From Octopus vulgaris (Eukaryota): 64,000 nt of DNA. Each line of letters opens with the position of its first letter. Within the stretch, counting starts at the first letter, position 1. The position numbers and the translations under genes are program-made. Positions 26,483 through 39,430 of this stretch are shown here, piece by piece. Under the pieces are notes generated by a model. That model searched no databases and was not told the origin of the DNA. It saw only the letters and a program-made list of their open reading frames with translations. The stretch covers positions 868,001-932,000 of the forward strand of contig OX597834.1 of the NCBI GenBank assembly GCA_951406725.2. The letters are read 5' to 3'.

Positions 26483-27113
26483 CACCATTATAGGTGTCTA
26501 CTCTTTGAACCCCTCTCTTCAATACGCTATTTCACCATGCATTACCCCTCTCTCGATATCCTACGTTCTACTTGCCTAGAACCTGTCCTCTGAACCACCC
26601 CTCCCACTGGTGCTCCCCCATATTTCTGCACCCCCCACCACCATTATAGGTGTCTACTCTTTGAACCCCCTCTTCAATACGCTATTTCACCATGCATTAC
26701 CCCTCTCTCGATATCCTACGTTCTACTTGCCTAGAACCTGTCCTCTGAACCACCCCTCCCGCTGGTGCTCCCCTATATTTCTGCACCCCCACCACCACCA
26801 TTATAGGTGTCTACTCTTTGAACCCCCTCTTCAATACGCTATTTCACCATTTCACCATGCATTACCCCTCTCTCGATATCCTACGTTCTACTTGCCTAGA
26901 ACCTGTCCTCTGAACCACCCCTCCCACTGGTGCTCCCCTATATTTCTGCACCCCCACCACCATTATAGGTGTCTACTCTTTGAACCCCCTCTTCAATACG
27001 CTATTTCACCATGCATTACCCCTCTCTCGATATCCTACGTTCTACTTGCCTATTACCTGTCCTCTGAACCACCCCTCCCACTGGTGCTCCCCTATATTTC
27101 TGCACCCCCCCAT
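26483..27113. repeat. ~157-bp C-rich tandem repeat, 4 copies (mirror ~32190-32822)
   Basis: ccaccattataggtgtctactctttgaaccc...tatttctgcacccccc occurs four times. Confidence 0.93.
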
Positions 27114-27383
27114 AAAAAAAAAAAAAAAAGCACCATCCGAACGTGGCCGATGCCAGACCCCTCTGGCACCTGTGCAGGTGGCACGTAAAAAAACACCCAC
27201 TACACTCGCGGAGTGGTTGGCGTTAGGAAGGGCATCCAGCTGTAGAAACACTGCCAGACTAGACTGGTGCCTGGGGCAGTCCCGAGCTCTCCAGACCCCG
27301 GTCGAAACCGTCCAACCCGTGCTAGCGCGGAAAACGGACGTTAAACGATGATGATGATGATGATGATGATGATACATATATGC

Positions 27384-27444
<61 letters not shown>

Positions 27445-27954
27445 GTGAGTGTATAGCGAAAGAAAAAGAATTGCTCTTTCAAGAACATCTAAAATTTAAA
27501 TCAAAAAAAGTTGACCACATCCGTGCAACTATTCTGTAATGAATACAGAATAACAAGACCTGGAAATGCAATTATAATTTTTACTGAAGAAAGTCAAAAA
27601 CAACATCTGGTTTTTCAAAGAAAACCTTGACCAATTCAAATACAAAACTTCCCCCCCCCTTAAAAGGCCACTTGGTACTAAACAAACAAGTAGGACCATA
27701 CCAATACAAAAGCCATGCCTCTTAACCTCCCCCTCCTTCTTGAAAACTTTTTCTTCTCCCTTGATTTTTTTTTATACATAAAATGGCCAAAAAATCTAAC
27801 TTTAAACTGCCTTTTTATAAATCCGATTACGGAAGAAAGTGCTAAAATGTAAATTAAAAAATATATATATATAATCATTCAACATTCTGACTACCTTATT
27901 ATTCTAAATATCTGTACATCACTTCAAACTCTCTCCCTTTCTATATATAAATAC

Positions 27955-27992
<38 letters not shown>

Positions 27993-28171
27993 GTATTTAT
28001 ATATTATATATCTGTATGAGTTAAAGGTTAGGCAAACATGTAAGATAGTAAATATCCAATATACTACTGGATGTATACCTATGTATTTATATCCAAGTGC
28101 TTACTGTTGCAGGGCAATATCACAATTGAATAATAGGTATGGGGGAGTAAAGCAGAAATTTACCCAGGGTT

Positions 28172-28390
28172 TATAAGGCAAATAAGAAAATGGAGAGGAA
28201 ACACAATTGACAAGCATCAGCCTGTAAATATTCAATTATAATCTATTTATGAATTGATTACAATCCTATGCATTCGATTATTTGGATCACTTATACATAT
28301 GTAATCAGTTAATAAATAGATTATAATTGAGTGTTTTCAGGCTGATGTTTGTCGATTGTTTATCCTCTCCATTTTCTTATATGCCTTATA
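28172..28390. mobile_element. MITE / fold-back element with ~90-bp inverted arms
   Basis: tataaggcaaataagaaaatggagagga...tgattaca / tgtaatcag...tcctctccattttcttatatgccttata; TA at both ends. Confidence 0.8.
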
Positions 28391-28740
28391 GATATATATA
28401 ATCCATTTAAGAGAAATCTTTCGGTTTTCCAAGATGTCTTACATTAAAACAGTTTTCTTTCAATGTTTTTGCGGATTCCGTCTTCGTGATGGGTTCAGAT
28501 TGATGTATCTTCCATGCATCTTGCTGTCACTCATCCATGCTGTTTGCTATGCACTGCTGTCTTCTGCTTATTATTATTGTTAGCTTCTAATGCTGGAGAT
28601 GTACCAGCTGTTCGCTACCAGTGAACTAAGGTAACACCTCTTTTTTTCGAGTACCTTCCAGAGTATTCGAGCAGTTCCCAGCAGTGCTGTTTTCTGCAAG
28701 TGCTCCGCCCTTATTGTAGCCCCTATTTGTTCCATGTTGT

Positions 28741-28773
<33 letters not shown>

Positions 28774-28796
28774 TATTATTATTATCTTCATTATTA

Positions 28797-29150
28797 TCAT
28801 CTCTACCTTAGGAAGGCGGAGGTATTTTTTCAGTTGTGTATGTATGGACAAAATATCTCAAGAACTGCTGGATGGATTTGGATGAGACTTTCAGGGATGT
28901 TTGGCCTTGTGACTGACACAAACCAGTTAGATTCTGAGACCAATCCTGTATCAGACTAGGATTCTAGATTATTTTTCCTATTTTTTTAACTTAATTTTTG
29001 AGAGTGTTCAGGTTCATTTATAGTATTCTCACTAGTGAGAGCAGCCGAGTTTATTTCAGATATTCTCATTTTAAAAATCATCTTTGGCTAATCATTGACA
29101 AAACATTGTTGTTGCCTTGGCAGAGGTTTACACTATCTGAATGCTCTTGT
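28797..29150 (+). mobile_element. Helentron-associated non-autonomous (HINE/DINE-1-like) element
   Basis: Start atctctaccttaggaaggcggaggtatt, core atctcaagaactgctggatggattt, end ccttggcagaggtttacactatctgaatgctcttgtt (subterminal inverted repeat plus 3' hairpin). Confidence 0.5.
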
Positions 29151-29581
29151 TGTTGTTGTTGTTATTATTATTATGTTTTTTCCTTCTTTCTTCAAATTTT
29201 CTTCCGTTCTCGCCGAGTGTTTTCCATACACCTAGAACAGAGAAGGGCATTGTATGCATTCCCAGATTACATGTGCAAATTCAGACAAAATATGTATTTA
29301 AAAATTAATAAATAAATAAATTCATGGATGGATGTTATTTTCACAGCGATAGTGCTCTTTTCAGTACATGGGCCGTTCCAGTTAATACGATTTTTTGCAC
29401 TTCCCGTAGGGATAGTAAGCTTGGAATCATTTTCAAATAGGTTTCAGTACCTTTTTTTTATCATTCCTAGAGACCCTACAATCACTGGTACTGTAGTCGC
29501 CTTGAGATGCCACATTTTCTTAATTTCTATTAGCAGGTCTTTATATTTATGCCACATTTTTTCAATTTCTATTAGCAGGTC

Positions 29582-29617
<36 letters not shown>

Positions 29618-29699
29618 TATGTTTGACTTTTGCTTTATGTCTGTACAAGTTGGCTCCAAGTCTCACCCAGAGACCTCAAGAGACAACAGGTTGGAAGTT

Positions 29700-31069
29700 C
29701 ACGTTGTTGTGCCATATATTTGGGTTTTTTTTTTTTTTTGGTGTTGTACTAGTGAATGTCTAATAAATAAATTTTAAAAAAAAATTTTTTAAAGTTTGTT
29801 TTAAACCTTGGGATTACATAGAGAGTATTTTGCGTAGGATATGAGCAGTTCCCATGAGCACTATCTTTTGAATTTCTGCCATTTTGGGGTTTCCTGGTAT
29901 CTGAGTTAGGTAGCAATCAGCCCCTTTCGCTATCATTCCCAGGGCACCTATGACAACAGGTATTGTTTTAGTCTTCAGGTTCCACATTTTGCTGATTTCT
30001 ATTTCCAGATCTTTATATTTGCTCAGTTTTTGGTAGGTCTTGACAGATACGTTTATATCGATTGGGACAGTCATATCAATGAGGAGGCATGTTCTTTGTC
30101 TGAAGTCTTTCAATATGATGTCTGGCCTATTTGCATCTATCTTTCTGTCAGTTTGAATGGTGAAGTTCCAGAGGAGTGAGATGTGGTCATTTTCAAGCAC
30201 TGGAGGTGGATTGTGTTCCCACCAGTTTTTTTCATGGGGCAAATCCAGGTTTTTGCAAATTACCCAGTGAATATATTGTGCAGCTCTATCATGCCTGTTG
30301 AGGTACTCTGTAGGCGCTAGAAGACTGCATTTGGAGACATGATCAATGGTTTCATTTTGTTGTTGGCATACACGACATGTTGGGCTACTGCCGTTCTTTA
30401 ATATGTTGGCCTGGTAGTTTCTTGTTGGTAGGCATTGATCTTGAGCTGCTATGATAAACCCTTCTGTTTCAGATTTTAAGCCAGAGGCCATTAGCCATTG
30501 ATGGGTCAGGGCTTTGTCAATATCTGCATTATTCGCTCTCTATGGCAAATACCCAAAGAGAGGTTTTTCTTGCCATTTATTATTCAGAATATCTAAGGCC
30601 GCAGTTTTGGCACGGGTTTTCATGCGCCTAGCTTTTTCTGTGCTTGTTTCTTGTATGTCTATCTCTAATTCCGAAATTTGTTGTATTCGGAATTCACTTA
30701 GATATTCCTTTGCCTGTTTTGTTACTGAGTATGATGCTTGTTTACATGTTTTGAGACAAGTTTTAACATCCAGTCCTCAGACTTTTTCAGGTAGGTGTCT
30801 AGGCCAACTGTAGCAATCTTCATTGTTATTGCCAGTTGTAAAAGTCCATGGCCTCCCTCTTTTCTTGGCAGATAAAGTCGTTCTGTATCTGCCTTAGGGT
30901 GGTGCATTCTATGCATTGTCAACAGTTTTTCGTATTTTTCTATCGAGCTGACATATTTCAGTAATTGACCAGTTAACGATATTGAAACTGTAAGTCACGA
31001 TTGGTATGGCTAATGCATTGATCGCTTCGATCCTGTTTCTTGCATTCAGCTCTGTCTTGAGTATTGCTC

Positions 31070-31070
<1 letters not shown>
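29700..31070 (-). mobile_element. Dong/R4-type RLE LINE 3' fragment
   Basis: ORF 29814-30491 with CRVC...ETIDH..C, RHD, RPDII, IDMTVP, KLSKY; ORF 30722-30922 with HHPKADTERLYLPR. Confidence 0.9.
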
Positions 31071-31100
<30 letters not shown>

Positions 31101-31329
31101 TAGTTTTATTTTTATAGCGTGCTTTCACTTCACTACCGAGCGCAGCTCTGTATGCCTTGGGTATGTGCTGTGATTTGTTGTGATGCTCTGATTTTGTATA
31201 TCTGTATGTGTTTCTGTGCATGTTTGTTTTGGATGTGTGCCTGGGGGGTATGTTAGAGTATGTTTAATTGTGGTCTGTATTTTTGAATTAAATTATTTTC
31301 CCTATTTATTCATGTTTGGTCTGTGGTAT

Positions 31330-31832
31330 TGTCTGGGCATTGGTATAGTGGGGAAACTAAGAATTTGGGGGACTTATTGTGTGCACAGAGGTCTAAGTGT
31401 CCACTAAGTGGTATCTGTCTTATGGTGGGGTCCCTCAGTTCTTGGCGGTGAACTGTCATCCTTTCTCTGAGGGTAAGGCTCGTTTGCCCTATGTAGTCTT
31501 CGTGACACCCTTCACACCTTATGACACAGATGCGCAGGTGAAATTATTTTTTATGATAAAGGTGTATCCCGACTGGAACTTGTACGTCGATCCCTCAAAG
31601 AGGTGGATGCAAGTCCTGCAGTTGGAACGACCACATTTTTTGACGGTGGGTGGTGGGTTTGTGTTGTGTAATTTTGAGTTGGTGAGTAGGTTTTTTAGGG
31701 ATTTAGGTTGTCCCTTACTTTTTATTATTTTGTGAGTTGCGAGTAATTTTTTTAGGCGTGGGTCTTGATTTAGCTGTGGAATGTTGTTGTATATAATAGT
31801 GTAAGCTTCTGCATTTCTTGGGTTGTGTGTTG
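31330..31832 (-). mobile_element. Penelope-like element linker/GIY-YIG remnant
   Basis: Minus translation THNPRN...QPKSLKNLLTNSK...KKCGRSNCRTC...FIIKNNFTCAS...RMTVHRQE...LSGHLDLC. Confidence 0.7.
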
Positions 31833-31940
31833 AGAGAAGAGACAGCTACTGGGTCGAAATAATGGTTATACTGAATAAAGATTCATACCAAATTCATTTT
31901 CCGTTTTCCTCATCAATTATATATATGTATATATATATAT

Positions 31941-34900
31941 ATCATCATCATCATCATCGTTTAACGTCCGTTTTCCGCGCTAGCACGGGTTGGACGGTTT
32001 CGACCGGGGTCTGGAGAGCTCGGGACTGCCCCAGGCACCAGTCTAGTCTGGCAGTGTTTCTACAGCTGGATGCCCTTCCTAACGCCAACCACTCCGCGAG
32101 TGTAGTGGGTGTTTTTTACGTGCCACCTGCACAGGTGCCAGAGGGGTCTGGCATCGGCCACGTTCGGATGGTGCTTTTTTTTTTTTTTATGGGGGGGTGC
32201 AGAAATATAGGGGAGCACCAGTGGGAGGGGTGGTTCAGAGGACAGGTAATAGGCAAGTAGAACGTAGGATATCGAGAGAGGGGTAATGCATGGTGAAATA
32301 GCGTATTGAAGAGGGGGTTCAAAGAGTAGACACCTATAATGGTGGTGGGGGGTGCAGAAATATAGGGGAGCACCAGTGGGAGGGGTGGTTCAGAGGACAG
32401 GTTCTAGGCAAGTAGAACGTAGGATATCGAGAGAGGGGTAATGCATGGTGAAATGGTGAAATAGCGTATTGAAGAGGGGGGTTCAAAGAGTAGACACCTA
32501 TAATGGTGGTGGTGGGGGTGCAGAAATATAGGGGAGCACCAGCGGGAGGGGTGGTTCAGAGGACAGGTTCTAGGCAAGTAGAACGTAGGATATCGAGAGA
32601 GGGGTAATGCATGGTGAAATAGCGTATTGAAGAGGGGGTTCAAAGAGTAGACACCTATAATGGTGGTGGGGGGTGCAGAAATATGGGGGAGCACCAGTGG
32701 GAGGGGTGGTTCAGAGGACAGGTTCTAGGCAAGTAGAACGTAGGATATCGAGAGAGGGGTAATGCATGGTGAAATAGCGTATTGAAGAGAGGGGTTCAAA
32801 GAGTAGACACCTATAATGGTGGGAGAAACGACATCCGGTATAGTTGGAGCAAAATAGAGATATCCGGTATTGGTGGTGGGGGTGGGTAGGGCGGGCGCGC
32901 CGCGAAGAACCGGCAGCCAATTTCTAATCAGCCCTGTAAGGGAGATAGAACCTAAATATCTATAACGATAACTAGTGAATTATACAGAATATGCAAAAAC
33001 GAGGCGAGGCTGAAATAGTAAACAGAGTGGCGACTAGGGGGATCAGAATAATAATAATTAATAAATAATAATAATAAATAGAGATACGGATGAATTAAAG
33101 TTCAAAGATTTCTTATCTTGGGATCACTTCGTTTACGGACAGACTTGGCAAAAGGAGTTCGGAATCAAGAGTGAGGCAGGTTACTAGCTTAAGTATGCAT
33201 GGCCATGTCGAGGAGTAGGAAGAGGAGTCCAGACAGACAATGTGAAAAGAGGGGGAGAGAAACCCCGCGAAGAACCGGCAGCCAATTTCTAATCAGCCCT
33301 GTAAGGGAGATAGAACCTAAATATCTATAACGATAACTAGTGAATTATACAGAATATGCAAAAACGAGGCGAGGCTGAAATAGTAAACAGAGTGGCGACT
33401 AGGGGGATCAGAATAATAATAATTAATAAATAATAATAATAAATAGAGATACGGATGAATTAAAGTTCAAAGATTTCTTATCTTGGGATCACTTCGTTTA
33501 CGGACAGACTTGGCAAAAGGAGTTCGGAATCAAGAGTGAGGCAGGTTACTAGCTTAAGTATGCATGGCCATGTCGAGGAGTAGGAAGAGGAGTCCAGACA
33601 GACAATGTGAAAGAGGGGAGAGAAACCCCGCGAAGAACCGGCAGCCAATTTCTAATCAGCCCTGTAAGGGAGATAGAACCTAAATATCTATGTGTGTGTG
33701 TGTGTGTGTGTGTGCACATAATTCTGTCGATCAGTCTTGGCCTGATTACGACAATGTTGGAAGATACAAACCAGGAATTTAGGCCAGATACCTATTTGTA
33801 TTTGAAGCTATAACGAAAAATACTACAATTTGTTTTGTAAAAGCACTACTTTTTAAAACTATGTCTTAAATGTATATAAGGTCTACTCTGTCAAGACAAA
33901 TATCACAGTTTCTAGGCTTACAATAGAATATCTGCGTTAATTATGATATACAGAATGAGGACTAATACTTCTTTAGTCGCTACTAAACAATTTAGGCAGC
34001 GTGATCCATAGTAGTATTAGCTGAGAGTCTATGTGTGTATTTTATTGCACACACACACACACATGCGCACGCACACACGCATATATATATAATATTAGTT
34101 TGACACTCGGGAAAATGAACAAGTTTTTTACGTTTTGAGCCTATGCTCTTCAACAGAAAGGAATAAGAGAAAATAAACAGATGAAAAGGAGAATGAAAAA
34201 ACTTGTAGATTTCAGCAATCCAGCATGGCGAATGATTGGAAAAAAAAGTTACATCTACTTCTAGAGATCTCTCCAATGTATGCCGTGTTTTTGTCCTTAC
34301 AAGAACCTTCTTCGCACCTTATGCTGTAGACTACATTTCTAATTTTACAGTTAATGCCAGGGGTTAATCTTACATACTGCGCAGTTCTCATTAATGCATG
34401 TGGTATTTCCGAAGGGTCTTCGTCCTACATAACTGCAATCTGATGGAGCCACCTGTCTTCTCAACGATCTCAACACTGAGTCTGATCTCCTTTAGAACCT
34501 TCCTGAATCTACAGGCTGATTCCCCATAAGATGTGGCCTCTACAAACATCACCCCTTGGTATTTGTCAGCCCTGTACCATGTGTTCACTCTTTTTGCTTT
34601 GTCACTAATCCTGTTTACTATTCCAGTTTTTACATTTGTATCTAGGGTGGGTACCACTGGCTTCATCACATGTAATGTTATCTAATTACCTTCTAGCTCC
34701 CCTATATACACAAGTCATATCTTTCTGGTCATACCCAGAGAATTGCATGCAGTGTATGAAGTTCTATATATGTTACCTTGTTTCATAGGGTTTGCATAGG
34801 GGGACATGTTATTCATTATCGTATGTCTGCTATCAGTATTGTAATTTTCATGAAGTGTGACAAGGCTAATTTCTTGTGTACAACATATTTAGAAGCTGTG

Positions 34901-35876
34901 AGTTTCATGTAATGTTAGTTAGTTAGTTAGTTAGTTAATTTGGCTCAAAAGCAAATAGCAAGGCCATGTAGGGGGACATGGAGTTAAGTACAGGGTGGTG
35001 TTCATGTAAAGAGTTCAGTCCACTTGAGGTCCAGGGAGGCTTTTAACAAAGCGGTCGTCGGCATCTTCACCATCTCGTCTGGCAGCTTGTTCCACGGATC
35101 CGCAACCCGTCGGAGAAAGCTCCTCTCCTTCGATTGAGATGAAATCGTCGCAGGTAGAGCTTTTCGGAATGACCCCGCAGCCGACGCTCCGGAGCAGGAG
35201 TGAAGAACAGCTCTTTCGAGAGGTTACACTTCCCGCTTATGATGTTGTGGGCGAGAATGAGATCACCACGGCGGCGGCGTTTTTCAAGAGAATAAAGGTC
35301 GAGCGTCCTCAGCCTTTCTTTGTAGGACAAATTTTTGAGACCATGAACCATGCGGGTAGCCAGCCTCTGGACTCTTTCGAGGTGCTGTATGTCTTTGAGG
35401 AGATAAGGAGAAGAGGCTTGAATCCCATACTCCAATATGGGTCTCACCAGCGTGACATAGAGTGGCAGGAATATGGCTGCTGTGAGCATTCCGAATGACC
35501 GTCGAATCAAAAACAGAATTCCGCGCGCTTTGTTGGCAGCATGGACGCACTGGGCCGAAGGCGAAAAGGAGGAATCCACCAAGATACCCAGGTCCTTTAC
35601 CTGATCGGTCCTCTCCAGCAGCAGACGACCCGGCTCGAAATCAAGTTGAGTTGCAGGAGTAGAGCCGACAGGCAGATGACAGCACTTTGACACGTTCAGA
35701 CACAGGTCCCAATCGTTAGACCACTTCCAAATTTGGTGGAGGCATCGACGAAGATCCTCTATACTACCGCGAGGAGCGACCAGTTTGATATCGTCGGCAA
35801 ATAGAAGGGTGTGTTGCGTGAGGTCGTCGGGCAAGTCATTTATGAAGACTAAGAACAACAAGGGCCCAAGCACTGA
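31941..35876 (-). repeat. Right arm (probable source) of the 3.9-kb inverted duplication
   Basis: Reverse complement of 23426-27373; continues without a break into the full-length CR1-group element. Confidence 0.95.
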
Positions 35877-38800
35877 ACCTTGAGGCACGCCACTGCTCGC
35901 ACTGGAGACGTCGGACCGCGAACCATTAACTTGAACTTGGAAGGAGCGATCTGAGAGGAAGGCACCAACCCATCGTACAATATCCGGATGGAAACTATAT
36001 GCTTGAAGCTTGACAAGTAGTAGGCGGTGGTTTACCGAGTCAAAAGCTTTGGCAAAGTCCAATAAAACGATGTCAACAGCATCACTATCATCGAGGATGC
36101 GCGTCACCAATTCTTCCATTACTAGTAAGTTGGTCAAGCATGATCTCTTCGGCACGAAGCCGTGTTGGGAATCAGTGATCGAGGCTGTGTTTAGGAGGTG
36201 GAGCATCATACTTTTCTTAAGGATGGTTTCGAACATCTTGCTGATTATTGATGTAAGGGAAACCGGTCGGTAGTTAAGCGGGTCTTCGCGGCTCCCTTTC
36301 TTGAAAATTGGGCAGATTATCGCTGTTCTCCAGTCTGCAGGTATAACACCCGTCGCCAATGACATATTGAATAGTCGTGTTAAGGGCTCGCAGATGACCG
36401 GAGCCAACGCTTTGATAACCCGTGGGTGTATGCCGTCAGGGCCGTGACCCTTGTTGACATCGAGGCCTTGAATAACACGTTTGACTTGGTCCCGCATGAT
36501 GATCAATCGAAGCATTGGAGGTACCGATCTATCGAATGGAGGGGGGTTCACGACCATCATCTTGTTTGAAAATAGTTGAAAAAGCCTCGGCAAATAATTG
36601 ACTCTGTTGATAAGGGTCCTCAATCGATACGCCTGTTGAGTCTACCAACGTTGCAATCTGGTTGTTCAAGCGGGAATTCCGCTGGACATGGGCAAAGAAG
36701 GTTTTTGGATTGCTACTGGCATTTGCCGCGATTTTGTATTCATAACTGAAGCGTTCTTTCTTTTCAATTTTCACGGCTCGGTCTCGTTGAGTTTTGTACA
36801 CCTCAAAAGCTGCAGTCGAATCCAGATTTTTGAATTCAGCCCAAGCAATATCTCTGAGTCGACGTTCTCGTTTAACCTTCTTCGTCACCCAGGGCTTGTG
36901 TTTCTTCCTCTTGGGAAGTCCAACGGGAACTGCCTGGTCAGTCAAACAGATTACATATGCTTTGAGGGATGACCATAGTTCGTCAACTGAGGACAACGTC
37001 ATCAGGGAACGCCAGTCCAGAAGCGCGGAAGCCTCGGTTAGAATTTCAAGATTAATTGCAGAGAAGACTCTACGTGGCAGCGAAGTAATCGTGGGCGTGG
37101 AAAAAGTTGTGTGCATGACGAACTTCAGGACCGCATGATCACTCTTGGCAAGAGGGGCGCACACAGATACGTCTGACACTGATCTTGGATAGCGGGAGAA
37201 TACCAGATCTAGCATAGATGGCTGCTGCCCAGACCGATGCCTTGTCGGATATTCAACATGTTGCGAGAGAAAACAATCTTCAGCCACGTCAAGAAGGGCC
37301 TGGCCGAACCGGGAAGATGTTGTACAAATTGATGCGGGCCAATCGATCGTGGGAGCGTTGAAGTCGCCTAGTACCAAGCAGTCATGCAAAGCTGAAACGA
37401 ATCTTATCGCTTTGAGTGGATGAGCATCGTCCTGGGGGTTGGCTAGAGGCGGCCTGTAGACAGCCAACACGGGCAGGCAAAACTCAGATAGGCTCAGCTT
37501 GCAATAGACGGCATCGAATTTGGTTGTAGGTTGAGCATTTGTGGGTAGAATACCGCAGGACGGTTTGTGCTCAGACTTAACATACACAGCAACACCTCCA
37601 CCTCGCCTTTTTCCTCTGTCACATCTGAAAAGGACGTAGCCCTGCAGGTGGATCTCTGAGTCCTTTATTGCTGGAGTCAGCCAAGTCTCGGTGATAGCTA
37701 TCACATCAGGGGAGTCGCGTAGGGCCAGTGTAAATAGTTCACTGAACTTTGGGAATAAGGAGCACGAGTTGGTGTAGACGATGCTGAGCTGTGAAGTCTG
37801 AGGGGCGGGAGTTGGGGAACAAGCAGAATAAAGGGCATCAGAGATAGCATCGTTGACGGGGGTATCAACTTCACTTCGATTTGCCCTCACATCACTTTCC
37901 CTGTCAGCACTACAGCATGGGACCAGAGGTAGGACTTGATTATCTGTCCATCTTGGATTCGTAAACCCTTCTCTCCCATTTGTTTCCTCATCTTTAGCTC
38001 GGATATCAGGTTCCTCCGGCGAATTCTCTCTCTTAGTGAGTATTCCTCGCGAAAACCCATATTGAGGTCCTCCCAGGCATGCGTCTGAGCTCTGTTCTGA
38101 AAGACTGAAGCCTCCCGATCAGAAGAAAAGATTACCCTTATTGGGCGTGGTCTAGTATCTGCGGTTGGGTTCGCTTGGAATCTTCCTAGCCGAGCGACCT
38201 TAAGAACACTGACATTTTCGTTCACAGAGAACAATTTTCCAACCAAAATGGAAACAAAATTAATGTCATCTTTTAGGCGGTTTATGCCTGTATCACAGGT
38301 GGATTCAGCTTTGCCATACATTACTGCCGATCTTGAGTGGGCAAAAAGTTCTCTACTATGAGCTGCGGTATTCGATTCTTCATTGGAGGATTTCGAAAGG
38401 GTGGTTTCATAGCCATCGGACTTATGTCGGCCTGTGGGGTCGATCGGAATGGATTTAGTGGTCATAATTTTCCCGCCTGGTTTGGAACTGCACTGCCTCT
38501 TCTTCGGTTTGGGGGATCACCACTCCCCAGATGAACCCACATCGAGATCGTTCAGAATTGGTTGAGCAATAGCATTAATGGGAAGGACAAGTGAAGGAGA
38601 ATCCAAACAGATTTTATCGTGATCAGGTTTCATAGCCAAATCTGCCCCTCTGGAGTTTTGACTACGTTTCTTCTTTTGGGGAGAACAACGGTCTTCAGGT
38701 GGGTTTGAGTCTACGCTCCTCGAACTAGGTTGGGGAACCTCCGGGACCGAAAAGGCAGATGAGGAAGAATCCGCACAGGAACGATCATGTGCAGGAACGA

Positions 38801-39430
38801 CCGCCGGTTCCTTCGCCTTCTTTGGCCGCTTCGATTTTGTTCCCTTCGGTTTGGACGTCTCCAGGGAAGAAATCAAGGGTGACTCTGCGTCAACAGGAGA
38901 CCGTTTATCGTGGTCAGGTTTCATAGCTAAATCCGCCCCACTGGAGTTTTGACGACGTTTCTTCTTTTGGGGAGAACAACGGTCTTCAGGTGGGTTTGAG
39001 TCTGCGCTCCTCAAATTAGGTTGGGGAACCTCCGGGACCGAAAAGGCAGATGAGGAAGAATCCGCACGGGAACGATCATGTGCAGAAACGACCGCCAGTT
39101 CCTTCGCCTTCTTTGGCCGCCTCGATTTTGTTCCCTTCGGTTTGGACGTCTCCAGGGAAGAAATCAAGGGTGACTCTGCGTCAACAGGAGACTGTTTATT
39201 CAGTAAGAGAGCAACAACAGACTTTAGGTGCTCAACCTCTTGTTTGAGCAACAGCAACTGTTCGTTGAGCTGACTATTTATAACGGAGGAGCTGCTCTCT
39301 GTTGTTTACAGTCTCAAACCAAAGTTCAGTATCAAGGACAGGGAGTTTATTGTTAGGGTGCCTATTGGGATGATCTATAGTTACCAAGATAAATTAGTGG
39401 ACGGAGCGAGCTACGTGCTGAATGCTCGTT
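34914..39430 (-). mobile_element. Near full-length CR1-group LINE (ORF1, APE-RT ORF2, (TAAC)n tail), lightly disabled
   Basis: ORF1 ~39257-37887 with one in-frame TGA at 38517-38519. ORF2 APE (ITETWL, YRPP, GDFNAP, SDH) at 37890-36529 and RT (GPDGI, YRPVSLTS, DFAKAFD, GVPQGSVLGP, FADD) at 36623-35067, with frameshifts near 36590 and 35110. The 5' end is approximate. Confidence 0.93.
38613..39192 (-). repeat. 291-bp (97-codon) tandem duplication inside CR1 ORF1
   Basis: SPVDAESPLISSLETSKPKGTK...LAMKPDHDK occurs twice in ORF 38517-39257. Confidence 0.9.

Larger units (their letters stand above)
23426..27373 (+). repeat. Left arm of 3.9-kb inverted duplication (copy of 31941-35876)
   Basis: Collinear reverse complement of 31941-35876 with only scattered differences; mirrored ORFs in the track (e.g. 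24633/34391, 25026/33992, 26384/32711). Confidence 0.95.

Noticed and set aside
26483-27113. CRISPR-like array
   Set aside because: Units are contiguous ~157-bp repeats with no unique spacers, there are no cas genes, and the context is eukaryotic.
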